In this document: piece after piece, positions 1-11,300 of the stretch
Position numbering within the stretch: position 1 is the first letter of the stretch
How the letters are laid out: each line of letters opens with the position of its first letter
DNA from: Histomonas meleagridis 2922-C6/04-290x
Taxonomy: Eukaryota; Protista; Parabasalia
Reading direction: 5' to 3'
DNA length: 64,000 nucleotides
NCBI GenBank assembly: GCA_020184695.1
Contig: JAANOX010000117.1
Coordinates: forward strand, 310,001 to 374,000
The notes under the pieces: model-generated
Told to the model about the DNA's origin: nothing
Databases searched by the model: none
Seen by the model: the letters and a program-made list of their open reading frames with translations, nothing else
Made by a program: the position numbers and the translations under genes

Positions 1-1581
1 CATAAGTGCTGTATAAAATATTCTCAATGATTTTTAAATCTTATTTTGAATCATTAGAGTATTAAATAAATAGACATTTTTAACTTCAATATCAATTCCT
101 TCTTGCTCAAGAAGTAATTTAACTATTTCTATATAACCATATTGAGATGCAATTATGAGTGCTGTTTCAAATGATTTGAACAAGTTTTATATATTCATTT
201 GCAATACCAAATAAAATGATTAAATATTTTATATGAAAAATAAGCATCATCAACATTAACATCAATGTTTTTTTGCTCAAGAAGTTGTTTTACCATATCT
301 ATATTATTTTTAAAAGATGCATTCATAAGTGCTGTTGAAAATGTTTAAAATAATTTCCATATATAGAGTTTAAACGAAAAAAGATTAAAATTAATATTAT
401 TTTGTGCATTTATGTCAATACCATCTTGTTCCAAAACATACTTAACAAGTTCAATATTATCAGAAGCAGCAGAAAAAGTTAATAAATTTTTTGGAATTTT
501 ATTTTCTTTTAATAAATATTTGATATGAAATATATTTCCATTTCTTGCAGCTTCATAAATAATATCATCACTAATTTTCAAACCTTCATGCAGCAAATAT
601 GAAAAAATTTCATAATTATGAAACAAAATACATTTCATTGCTAATTTTTCGATACTATTAAATTTACCAATTTTATTTTCATAAAGATATTTAAAAATAC
701 TATTTCGATGAAATTCAATCGCTGTTTCATATGATTCATTAAATGATGAATAGCTTTGTTTACATAAATGAATTATTTCTTCATTCCCACCTGCTGTTGC
801 ATATTTGCCTGTATTATTCATATTACAGCCATTTATCATTAAGTATTTAAAACATTGAATTGATCCATAAAATGCATAATCAATAAGTAATACCCAATCA
901 TTAATAAATGAATGCTTCTCATATAATGAAGGTTTAAGTTTCTGATTAAAATTAAAATTTGTTTGCGATGATAATTCTTGAAGTTTTTCTATATCATCAT
1001 TAATTCGAAATTCGAATTATCTTTGTAATTTCTATTGGATTAACTCCATCTTTTATATATTTCTTATGAAGTTCCCAATTATTCTTTGATAATCCTTCAT
1101 AATTTTCAAAGATTTTTTTAAATGAATAATTATTCTTTTGCTTTTGGACTTCTGATTTAGACATATAATGTGCAAAAAATGGTATTTTTTCCTTCTGGAA
1201 AATTTTTGGTTCAATAAAATTACGTTCAATCAAATGATAAAGAAGATAAAACGATTCTTGTATATCTTTTTCAAGAAGATAATGAGTAAATACATCAAAT
1301 ATTCTTGACTCACTTTTGCAATTTTCCTGCAATACTTCAATTTCATTTAAAAAATCCAAATACACATTAGAATCATCCGATTTTAAGACATATAATAAAT
1401 ATATAATTTGGCTTATGAGAGTATTCAAAGAAAATGGGTATGAATTACCAAATATGTTTATTATAGATTGAACGGAATGTGAAATATTTACCTCTTCTAA
1501 ACCAAAAATTATGTTCTTAATTGATACCAGTGCTTCCCATTCATTAAAAATTTGATTTGACATTGGAGAGTTTTGTTCCAT
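1..1581 (-). pseudogene. DUF3447-type ankyrin-repeat gene, interrupted (10-bp frameshifting insertion at ~1001-1010; 63/80/63-nt inserts between ankyrin repeats); runs off the left window edge
   Basis: ORFs 1000..1581 and 345..839 join into one protein homologous to 43553..44692 (GVNxxEIxKIIRNDxIEKLQE...GKYxxAGGNEEIIHLC). Further ankyrin units TALMNAS..DVNVDD and TALIIAS..DIEVKN read at 246-335 and 76-165. May be functional if the inserts are removed. Confidence 0.8.
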
Positions 1582-1732
1582 TTATTAAGTAAAAAATGAA
1601 AATGTCGATTTAAACACTAAAAATTGGGTTCTTATTATCTTTGTGTTGTATTAATATTTTAAGATCTCTGAAGTATTTATATTATCGATAAAAGATTTCA
1701 GAATTTGTTAAAGTACGAAATCAATCTGATTT

Positions 1733-2176
1733 TTACTGTTGTAAACTAATTTCTTTAGCAACAAGGTCGAGTTGTTTTTGGCCCTTTGGTGTGATTACAC
1801 GACCACCTTTTTCATCTTTCTTGACATATCCGATTTCTTCTAATTGCTTAAGCATTGTGCGGACAACCTTTCCACTTGCTTGAGCAAAGTGTCTTGGTGC
1901 GGATCCATAATTCTTGTTTCCACCAAATTTATTACGGAGATATTGAACGCTTGTTCCTGGGTGAAGATAAACTGTACGAGCAACTGCAGCTGCACGTGTG
2001 TACCACCAGTTAATTAAGCATGGAGGCATTTGTTTGAGATGTCCTGTTTTGACTAAATCAGCCCAATTTGGAGCTTCTATAAGATGATTTGTTTCGAAGA
2101 ACTTTGAAAGTTTGTCAATGAATTCATTTGCAGCGACATCGCGTACATTGACGCCTTTTCCTTTTGCACCAATCAT
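1733..2176 (-). CDS. RPS19: 40S ribosomal protein S19 (eS19)
   Basis: VRDV..F..K, PNWADLVKTG..K.MPP...NWWYTRAAAVAR.VYL..G.SV..LR.KFGG..N.G..P.HF..ASG.V.R..L.QLE motifs. ATG at 2176 chosen because it follows the CCTTT motif. Confidence 0.97.
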   Translation of the reverse strand: MIGAKGKGVNVRDVAANEFIDKLSKFFETNHLIEAPNWADLVKTGHLKQMPPCLINWWYTRAAAVARTVYLHPGTSVQYLRNKFGGNKNYGSAPRHFAQASGKVVRTMLKQLEEIGYVKKDEKGGRVITPKGQKQLDLVAKEISLQQ

Positions 2177-2183
2177 TTGAAAG

Positions 2184-2194
2184 AAAGGCCAGAC
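2184..2194 (-). promoter_or_regulatory. Ribosomal-protein core promoter motif GTCTGGCCTTT (contains trichomonad M5-like CCTTT)
   Basis: Identical 11-mer lies 7 nt upstream of the RPS19 ATG and 6 nt upstream of the RPL30 ATG. Confidence 0.7.
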
Positions 2195-2500
2195 AAACAT
2201 AGTCAATTTATGGCGTCAGTTTTTTTCTTCTCTTCAAAACAAATTAAAACTCAAATCCAATCTTATGAAACAATTTTGTTTTGTTTTAGTAAAGCATTAA
2301 ATAGTATATATGTTTTCTTCAGGAATTAACTCACATGAGTTTTAAAATGACTTTCTCGAACGATTCATTTTGAATACTTTTTGATACGAAATGCTCAGAA
2401 TTTTCTATCGTATAAAAAAATTATGATTTTTGTTTTTATAAATCATACTTCTAATAAATTTTTATGAATAAATAACTAATATAATTGACTATATAATATT

Positions 2501-3406
2501 TCAATTATAATTCCTTAATCTTTGGTTTTCTTCTTCGAGTTCATTCACGCGCGCCATTAACCCACTCAACTTTGGGGTTGCATCTGTTTCCAACAGTTCT
2601 TGAACCTGCTCTTCCAGTTCATTAATCCTGTCTATGAGATCAGGGTCATCTACTCGATTTTCGATTTTATTTTGAAGATCCGCAATTTGATGTGAGGCAC
2701 TATCAAACCGTGTCTCAAGGTTATAAAGTCTATTAGCAATTTCTCTGAACCTGTCTTCTGTTATTTTGTTGAATTTTGAAAAAATCATATTTTGATCAAT
2801 GTTCGGAACAACTTTAATCTGATTAAGTTGCATAGAATCTTTTTTGAGATTTTCAATTTCGGCGTTGGAAGAGTTCAATTGCTCTGTTAGAAAAACGATT
2901 TGATTTTGTAGTTGAGAATTATCAACTTTTAATTGTGAATTTTTTTGGATCATTTCTTCAATAATCGGTTGAAGGACTTCATCGGGTGGTTCGTGTGTTG
3001 TGTTTTGGTGTTTTAATTTCTCAATTTGAGTTGAATATTGAAGGAGCTGTTGTTTTAATTCAGAGATTTGTTTCTCTTGTTGATGCATCTTCTCAAAAAA
3101 ATTAGAATTTTGATTGATCAAAGATTGGAGATTGTCTCTTTGCCTCATCACTTCATCTAATTTTTTAGATAATTCATTATTTTGTTGAAGGAGTTGAAAA
3201 TTAATAGAATCTGCTGTATCTTTTGTTTCCTTGCTATTTGTGAGGTTGTTAAATTGTTTTGTTAGCACATCTGCCTGTGAAGCCATTTTGATATAATGAT
3301 TTTTTTCTTCATTTGCTTTCTGAAGTGCACTTTCAAGTTCAATATTTCTCTGTTGAAGCATGGAAATTATGTTTTGTAAATTTAAAAAAGAATTTGTATC
3401 TTCCAT
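2501..3406 (-). CDS. Coiled-coil hypothetical protein
   Basis: Long Q/E/N/K heptad-rich ORF. First ATG (MEDTN) at 3406, since the ORF track used a GTG. AACGGT Myb-like motif at 3464-3469. Confidence 0.8.
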   Translation of the reverse strand: MEDTNSFLNLQNIISMLQQRNIELESALQKANEEKNHYIKMASQADVLTKQFNNLTNSKETKDTADSINFQLLQQNNELSKKLDEVMRQRDNLQSLINQNSNFFEKMHQQEKQISELKQQLLQYSTQIEKLKHQNTTHEPPDEVLQPIIEEMIQKNSQLKVDNSQLQNQIVFLTEQLNSSNAEIENLKKDSMQLNQIKVVPNIDQNMIFSKFNKITEDRFREIANRLYNLETRFDSASHQIADLQNKIENRVDDPDLIDRINELEEQVQELLETDATPKLSGLMARVNELEEENQRLRNYN

Positions 3407-3611
3407 ACTCGATATGGATGATGGAGTCTGAGTCGCCCGTTTATTTTTTGGCGGCACAATTCGACCGTTAAAACAATGAAACTTGAAGTAATTTTTTGTT
3501 AGCAGATAAAAGTGACAAAAATTGATTGATTAGCATATTCGAATATGGGCAAACTTTTGTTTTGACCGATGTGTATTTAGTAAAGGGCTTTTTCGTATTT
3601 CATCTTGAAAA

Positions 3612-5117
3612 ATGAAAATTCTTCAATTCCTTATCATTTTACACCTTTTAAATCATTTTATAACTCAATCTAAGCTTAAATATCCATTTTTCAAACACTT
3701 TAAATTTTTACATATGCCAAAAAGCAGAAGCAAAGACGAGCTTGCTGGTACACGCAAAGCGGAGGTTTCAATTTTCGAAATCATTGCCAATTTTTTTTTT
3801 AATTTTTTTTAATTTTTCCACAGTTCACTAAATGCCATTTAGATGTAAAATCCATCTCTAACAATATGTGTGCGGTTTCAATGATCCATGTTTTAGCCTC
3901 CGAGCGAAAACTTTTAGAATTAGATTTTTTAAACGTTTCAAAAAAAAACTCATTGAAAACATTACGTTTGATCAAAATAGCCTTCCTATACAAACCTTGG
4001 ATAAACATTATGATGATATCTCTTTATTACATTGGGAACTTCATCTTTATCCTTTGATGCACAACAATTTTGAAAATATTATTATTGGTGAAAATATTAA
4101 TATAATTCCTGATAGCACACTTACTGAATGGCCATTAGTTGTTTGTGTTAAATTTAGTAATTCAGTAACAAGCATTGGATCCTCAGTTCAAATTGTTATA
4201 ATTTGACAATTTTGACACTTGGCACAGGATTAACAAGTTTTGGAGAGAATGCATTTGCAAATTGTACATCACTAATAAATATTACAATTCCAAATTCAGT
4301 TCAATTTGTTGGATCCTCAGCATTTTCATGTTGTGATGGGTTAAAGATATTAACACTTGGCACAGGATTAACAGATATTGCAAATGGCGCATTTTCGCAA
4401 TGTTATAATCTTCAATGTATTTATTATTACGGTATTTCACATCCATCGATTGGAGAAAGTGCATTCTCTTCAGTTAATGCAACAGTTCTTACATATCCAA
4501 CATATGATGATGCAAGATTTGGTCCATTTGCAGTGAATGATTATGAAGGAGGAGCCTGCATACCATTGTTTACACATTCATTTTCAAGTTCAAATACATA
4601 TCCGCAATCGAATACATTAACTAAATCAAATACATTTACAAAATCACTTCAAAGTTATTTAACTTTATCTTTTTCTTATATATTAACTATTTCATTATCG
4701 TTTACACAATCATTTGCCATTTATGAAACACAAACGAAATCATTTTCGTTGTTTATAAGTCATTCAACATTTTCATATATTGAAACGGAATTTATTTTTT
4801 ATGATTACACAATTGTTATTTACTCGACGTATTATAATTATTATTCAAATTATTACACATATATAAGTTATATTATAAATGAATCATCGAATGGAATTAC
4901 AACTCCAGCTTTAATTGGAATAATTTGTGGATCAATTGCATTTGTTTTAATAATTATCGGAATTGTTATATTTTTAGTTAAATATAACAATAAAAAAGAT
5001 AAAATTACTCCAAAATTACACTTCAAAGATTCAACAACATCAAGCACAAAGCAAAATGAAAATGTAAATTATTTAGTTGAAGATATTGTTAAAGAAGATG
5101 AAGATAATTGGTTATAA
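3612..5117 (+). pseudogene. BspA-like (TpLRR/LRR_5) surface protein, frameshifted
   Basis: xIGxxAFxxCxxLxxIxIP repeats, SNTFT stalk, TM helix and acidic tail in 4203..5117. A 4-nt deletion near 4186 (GGATCCTCAG|TTCA versus intact GGATCCTCAGCATTTTCA at 4311) and additional upstream frameshifts. Confidence 0.8.
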
Positions 5118-6146
5118 TGCAAATATGCATGTATTATAAAAATTAATTATTTTTATTTTGATAATATTTAAAAATTTGAAATATATTTATTTGTGATTTG
5201 GTAATTTTTCGTAATAAATGGATGCTATTAAATGCACATACAAAAAAAGATATAAAGGGATCGGATAATACTTTTATGTCACCAGAGCTGCTTTCAACCT
5301 CAATTGAAATGATTGATATCCATATGGTATAAATAATTTGAGAAGGTTTTGCTTTCTCAATGCAACTGAATCACAAAAATTATAATTTACAGATCATTTA
5401 CTATAAGGAACCCTAATGGGTACAAACAATTTAATTAATATATTCAATAATTGTATACAATCATATTACCAATGTTAATAATGTATCCAAATTTGAAGCA
5501 AATGGTATCTAAATTAATGTTTCAAATGCACGTGCATTTAATGGTCGTCCAGAGCACAATCAAAGCTATGGACTTGGATTTGGTTGATTAACATGTTTTG
5601 TTGTTTATCATGATTCATACTCATCTAATCTAATTAGCTGATTTAATGAAGAAATATTTATTAATTATTCAGTATTTTTTGCTTCAGTTAAATATTTAAC
5701 ACTTTGTTAGTTATGTAAATGAAAATAATAGATGAGACAACATTTGAATTTTATTTAAATGATATCTTCATATATATATTATGATGAAAAAGAATAACAA
5801 ACTTTAATTTTAAAAAGGTTTTGATTATATTTCAACAAAAACACGTCACGTTTATTGATGCTTTTGAGTTATTTAACACATTATTACGACAAGAGTTGAA
5901 ATTGCTTTTGATAATAATTTAATTTCAGTTGAAATGAGTCATCAAAACATATATTAATCAAGCTTTCTGAACTTCTTTCTTTCTCTTGAGATTTGTGTTC
6001 CTCTTAATTTAAGAATTTGCCATTCTTTCAATCTCTTTCTCAAAAATCGTTGATATTCACGTATTTGACCTGTCCTTGCAACTTCTGAAATAATTTAATC
6101 TGGCATATGTTTTACTTTAGTCGCTTAATCTTCTGGAATTTAGAGT

Positions 6147-6420
6147 TTATTTTGAAGATAAGCAAATTGTGTGAGGCACAAGGTTATAAAGTTGAATAGC
6201 AATTTCTATGAACTTGTTTTCTTTTAGTTTATTGAATATAAAAAAAAATCATACATTGATCAATGTTCGGAACAACTTTAAAGTTCTGATTAATTTGCAT
6301 AGAATCTTTTTTGAGATTATAAACTTCGGCGTTGGAAGAGTTCAATTGTTCTGTTCAAAAAACTATTTGATATTTAGTCGCCCGTTTACTTTTGGCGGTA
6401 AAATTCGACCGTTAAAACAA
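6147..6420 (-). pseudogene. Internally deleted decayed copy of the 2501..3406 gene
   Basis: 6147-6365 aligns by eye to ~2665-2905 (e.g. gatcaatgttcggaacaactttaa, ggcgttggaagagttcaatt). 6376-6420 aligns to 3431-3477 (agtcgcccgttta..ttggcgg.a.aattcgaccgttaaaacaa). Confidence 0.85.
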
Positions 6421-6486
6421 ACAACAAAAAAATAAAAATAAAAAAATAGAATTTTATAATTTAATAATAACAATAACAACTTATTC

Positions 6487-7740
6487 TCATTGAAGATTTT
6501 CAAAGAAATTTCCCCCAAACAAAAAATCATGATCAATTTCTTTGTAATCAATAAACGGATACACAACAGATTCCATGAACTTCATCCATTGTGAGTTATC
6601 ATTTTTATCTTTCGGGACAATACTTGCAAAAGATATAGCAAATGAAACTCTCATTTCGCTATTATCATTCTTTGATTTGTTATAAGTTTCTGCCAACAAC
6701 TTTTTGAGCTTCATAACCGCCTCATCATTGAATTTTTCTATCGTCTCCAACAAAAGTTCTTTTGCAGCCAAAAATGAAAAATTTGTATAATCACTTGAAG
6801 ACAATAAGATCGAAATAATGGATAAAACAGTATCGTTATCAATTAGTTCGGAAGCGTATGAAACATATTCTACGGCTCTTTCTATTATTTCAGATTTTTG
6901 TGATTTTTCTTCTTTGATAATCTTTATAGCTCTTTCTAATATTTCTTTGTTGGCTGGAAGTGCCGCTGATAAATAAAGTAAATGTTCATCAAGTTCTTTC
7001 TCTCTAACAATGAACTTAATGACATTCTCTTCGAACTCATCTTGCCATGGAAACTTTTGATGGAAGAAAAGGCGAAGGAATTTAAGAATATGAATTCGAT
7101 GTACTTTCGTAATTAACGAAGGATCTATGTCAAGTTGATAAATTTCAACAAGTGCTTTTTTCTTTGGTAGCTGATAGTCATTTGCACCCGGTGGTAGAAT
7201 TGCTTTGAAGCAACACCAAAGAAATAACCATAATCCGTGGTATTTTGCAGTTATAAGATCTTGGACAGTTTGGAAAATACAGATGTTGTCTAAGTGAATA
7301 ATGATTTTTTTGAGAATGTTTGGTGAAAGGCGGCATATCTCTGACATATCTTCGGGCCATAAATCAAATGCATGAGAAATCAATCTAGAAAGAATACCAA
7401 TGTTGTAGTTGCTTAAGTTGCTTGAAGTATTCTCATCAAGACAATCAAAAGCATATTCTGTAATGTTTAAATTATCTGCGAATATTCGGTACAATGAAGT
7501 ATTTCCAGATTGAAATAATGTCAAAACAATGTTCTTCAACTTTTTGTCGTCACTGTATTTGATGATTTCGATCAATTTTTTTGCATTTTTCTCTTGAAGA
7601 AAAAAATTTGATAATTCAGGATGATTATTCCGAAATAAAGATGTCACTCCATTACACTTCAATATTTCTTCCACTGTAACATCAGGGTGTTTAAGGGCTT
7701 CGCTGATTTCTTGGTTGGCCCTGGGATTCAATCCAAACAT
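6487..7740 (-). CDS. SAPS/SIT4-associated-protein-like helical protein
   Basis: N-terminus MFG....EI..AL....VTVEEIL......F.N.HPEL.NF resembles the SAPS family start. Uninterrupted 417 aa. Confidence 0.55.
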   Translation of the reverse strand: MFGLNPRANQEISEALKHPDVTVEEILKCNGVTSLFRNNHPELSNFFLQEKNAKKLIEIIKYSDDKKLKNIVLTLFQSGNTSLYRIFADNLNITEYAFDCLDENTSSNLSNYNIGILSRLISHAFDLWPEDMSEICRLSPNILKKIIIHLDNICIFQTVQDLITAKYHGLWLFLWCCFKAILPPGANDYQLPKKKALVEIYQLDIDPSLITKVHRIHILKFLRLFFHQKFPWQDEFEENVIKFIVREKELDEHLLYLSAALPANKEILERAIKIIKEEKSQKSEIIERAVEYVSYASELIDNDTVLSIISILLSSSDYTNFSFLAAKELLLETIEKFNDEAVMKLKKLLAETYNKSKNDNSEMRVSFAISFASIVPKDKNDNSQWMKFMESVVYPFIDYKEIDHDFLFGGNFFENLQ

Positions 7741-8378
7741 TCCAAATAAAAGATTCAGAGATCAGAAAAAGTAATTTTGACTTCAAAATAATCGGTTTAT
7801 TAATTGAAGTTATTTTCTCGATTGATTGGGTTGCATTCAATTTTTTTATTGATTTTTTATGGCGTCCAATTTACCCAATGAGAACTACACTAATTGACTT
7901 AAAGATTATGCTAAAATAACTGTTGTTAGCAAATTGAAGAATTTTATATGGGTTTTATTAAGTGTTAAAAGAAATATTTGAATTTTAAAATGACTGTATT
8001 CAAATCACTTTTTCAATTATATAAAAAAACATGCTTTTCAATGTTGCTTCATTTCTTTGCCATGGCATTTATTCAAAAGGGTTTAATCTCCTGATGTTAA
8101 ATGTTCTTGTTATTTTCATTTTTTCCTTATCTTTATCTCTTTATTTATATCATATCAGTTTATAATTGCTTCAAAACGAAAAAGTAAGTATTGAATTGTT
8201 TTGAATTATTAAATATTTTTATTATATTTTATTTTGCCACCTACAGATTTAATAAGGAAGCATAAATTAAACTTGAAAAATTTAAAAGTTTTATGCTGAC
8301 ACAACAGAGGATCGATTAACGATATCCGTCACTTTTTTCTTCACATGTTAAATTAACGGTCAAATTCAAAAACTGGGC

Positions 8379-11300
8379 ATGAGCAATTCGAACAAAAATT
8401 ATTTTAATGATTTGATATTACTTTTTAAAATCCGTGCAGACCCACATCACTACAATTTAGAATCCACAGCCAATGAAAATTTTCTCAAAATTCCACAATT
8501 AGATAAACAAAAGATTAGTTTTCTTGAAGAGAAAACCAAAAATTTATCTGATGTATCTAATGCACTTAAAGAAGCCAATTTTATTTATCGGTTTGATGAA
8601 GATTTTGTAACAAAATTTCCAGAAATCGAATTCAATGAGTATAATTTTATTACATTCCTATTCCAAATCATTGCATTTATTTTTGTTGACATTAGGAAAC
8701 CAAGCGTTGATTTTTATTGTTCAGTTTTAGATCCTATAAATTTATGCATTATAAATAATCCCAAAATTTCACAGAAATATCATGCCCAAATTAATTCAAT
8801 TTTTATGACGTTATTTACTTATACATTTAAAGCTGTTGGATTTCAACCTTCGGAAAAATATATCAAAACAACTTATTATCATTTCCAAAAAAATACATAT
8901 CTTCCTTCAGCGTTTTATTGTGAGCTTATTGATTTTGTTTCTTTCATTATGGAATTAAAAAATGATTCTCATAATTTTGAATTACTTATTTTATCTTTAC
9001 AAGAAAATCGGCCGATCATGCGTGGTGTATCTAATCACGTTACACTTCTTAAGATCATTGAACCATATTGTGAAAATTTTGATTTATTTAGCTTAACGGT
9101 TCTTTCATTAGTATCGACAAGAAACGTTTCGATCATCACCAAAAACGAAGTTAAGTACATTGTCACCAAATTTCCACCTAAAATCATAAAAAATTTCTCA
9201 TCAGAAAAAGTCGAAGAAAATGATCGACAAAATGAAGTTCCAATTTTTCAAACTCATAAAATCGAAGTAAAGCCATTTGATTATCGAATCATTGAAGGGA
9301 AAAGTGATTTTTCGAATGGTCTTATTATGAAATTGATAAACTCGCCAAAGTATAATGGATTAACGAGTGAACATTTTGCTTTATTACCTGAGGAAAATCT
9401 GAGTCCACTTAAAGCGTTAAGTACTTCATTTAAATTTATGAGCATCGATGTTTTAACTGAATTTTTTACGAAGTTTTCGAAAGATCTTTATGAAATTAAA
9501 GATAAGAATAACTTCATTCCGTGTTATGTTTCGATGATTTATTTACTTTTTGATTTTTGGGATAAAGAAGAAATAATAACGCCGATTAAAAAAATGGTTT
9601 TTAATGATGTAATCTTTAATACGAATCAAACTTTATTTGGCCCTTATTTAATAAATGATGAAATATCAAAAATCCGAACTTTCACTGTTAAAGCATTTAA
9701 GAATTCATCCGAATTAATTGAGCTAATTAAATGTAATAAAGAAAACCCATTTTTTGTTGCCGATATATTTCTTAGGCTCGAAAAACTTGATTCGTTTTAT
9801 AACAATGATTTTTTAAGAATTATATCTGATTGTTGTGCTAAGTTACAACTTCTTGACTTAAAAGAACATTGTCAACATATAGAATCAGCACGACATATAA
9901 TGTTAATATTACTTGGCGATATTTTTTTAAATACATATGATTCATATAAGTATTTCGAATATTTCATGAAATTTTGTTATGAGAAACAACTTTCGAAAAT
10001 AATAATTTGGTTATTTAAAAAAAGTACAACATATCAAAAAGATTGTGGTAACTTAACACATGTTTTTAATTTTATTTTGAAAACGTTGAGAGTTAATACT
10101 GATATGTGTTGGGAATTAATTAAAGCAACTTCTAAGATATTTGAGAAAAGACCTTATTTAAAAAATTCGATTTTAGATTTTTTGGATATAACAATTGATT
10201 TTTTAAATGAAGTCCAAACTAAAGAAGTTTTAGATTTAATATTTAAGTATTCAGAAGAAGTTAATGAATTACAAATCGAAAGAATTAAAACACTTTCTGA
10301 TTCTATTAATAAAATTGATCCTAATGAATCATTTGATAAATTATGTATAATATTAGGACAAAAATGTAATACGAAATCAACTGTTCGACAAGTTAATTTC
10401 TTTATTATAAATCCTTATGTAATACAAATTATATTACTTACATATGGTTTTACTAATGATGTTATTGATTTGTTTTATGGTTTGGCAAGTTGTTCATTAA
10501 CAAATATATTATATTTTCATAAATTTAATGTCGATGAAATTATCCTTAAAAGATTAATAACGAAAAATAATGAAATTGAATTTAAAGGGAAAACTTTCCA
10601 AATCAAATTACAAAACAAAGAAAAAACAATTGAACTTTTATATATAATTTTGATTTCACATTTTGATGAAGAAATATTTAAAATAATTTTAAAGAATTTT
10701 AATGAATTATTTTGTTATCTTTTATATTCATTACAAGTTTATAAAAGAATTACACCTAAAGTATATTCACCTTTTGGAATGAATATTCCAATTTATTCAA
10801 GTAATTCAATTAAAAGTAGTATATTTAAAGATTTCTCTATATCTTTTTATATACAATATGATTCAACTGTTACACATTTATATCCTAAAGAAAAACATTT
10901 AATGTTTTCTATTTCTGATAAAGAAAGAAATGAATTAAGATTCCAATTAATCGATACATCGATAAATGTATCATTTATTAATAAATCTTCTGTCTCTGAT
11001 GTGAATATTTGTCGTTTAATGTCTTATGATACTAATTGGCATTTAGTAGTAACTAATTATAACTCACAAAAAAATATATTTACAACTTATTTAGATGGTG
11101 AACATTCAAGTAATTCGACATTTGTACCTATTAAATTTAAAAAAGGTTCTTTAAATATAAAAATTGGAGGAAAATCAACTGAAAACATTCAAATATTTAA
11201 TAATAAAAACTTGAAATTATATGGAAACATTGGAAATTTATCATTTTATAAAAATAATATTGAACAAGTTAACATGGGTGAAAACATTTCATTATATGAA

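Noticed and set aside
2177-2206. ORF-track N-terminal extensions using TTG/GTG or upstream ATG (RPS19, RPL30, OSBP, Rho, GH129-like)
   Set aside because: Homology and promoter motifs point to downstream ATGs; only the thioredoxin gene lacks a usable ATG.
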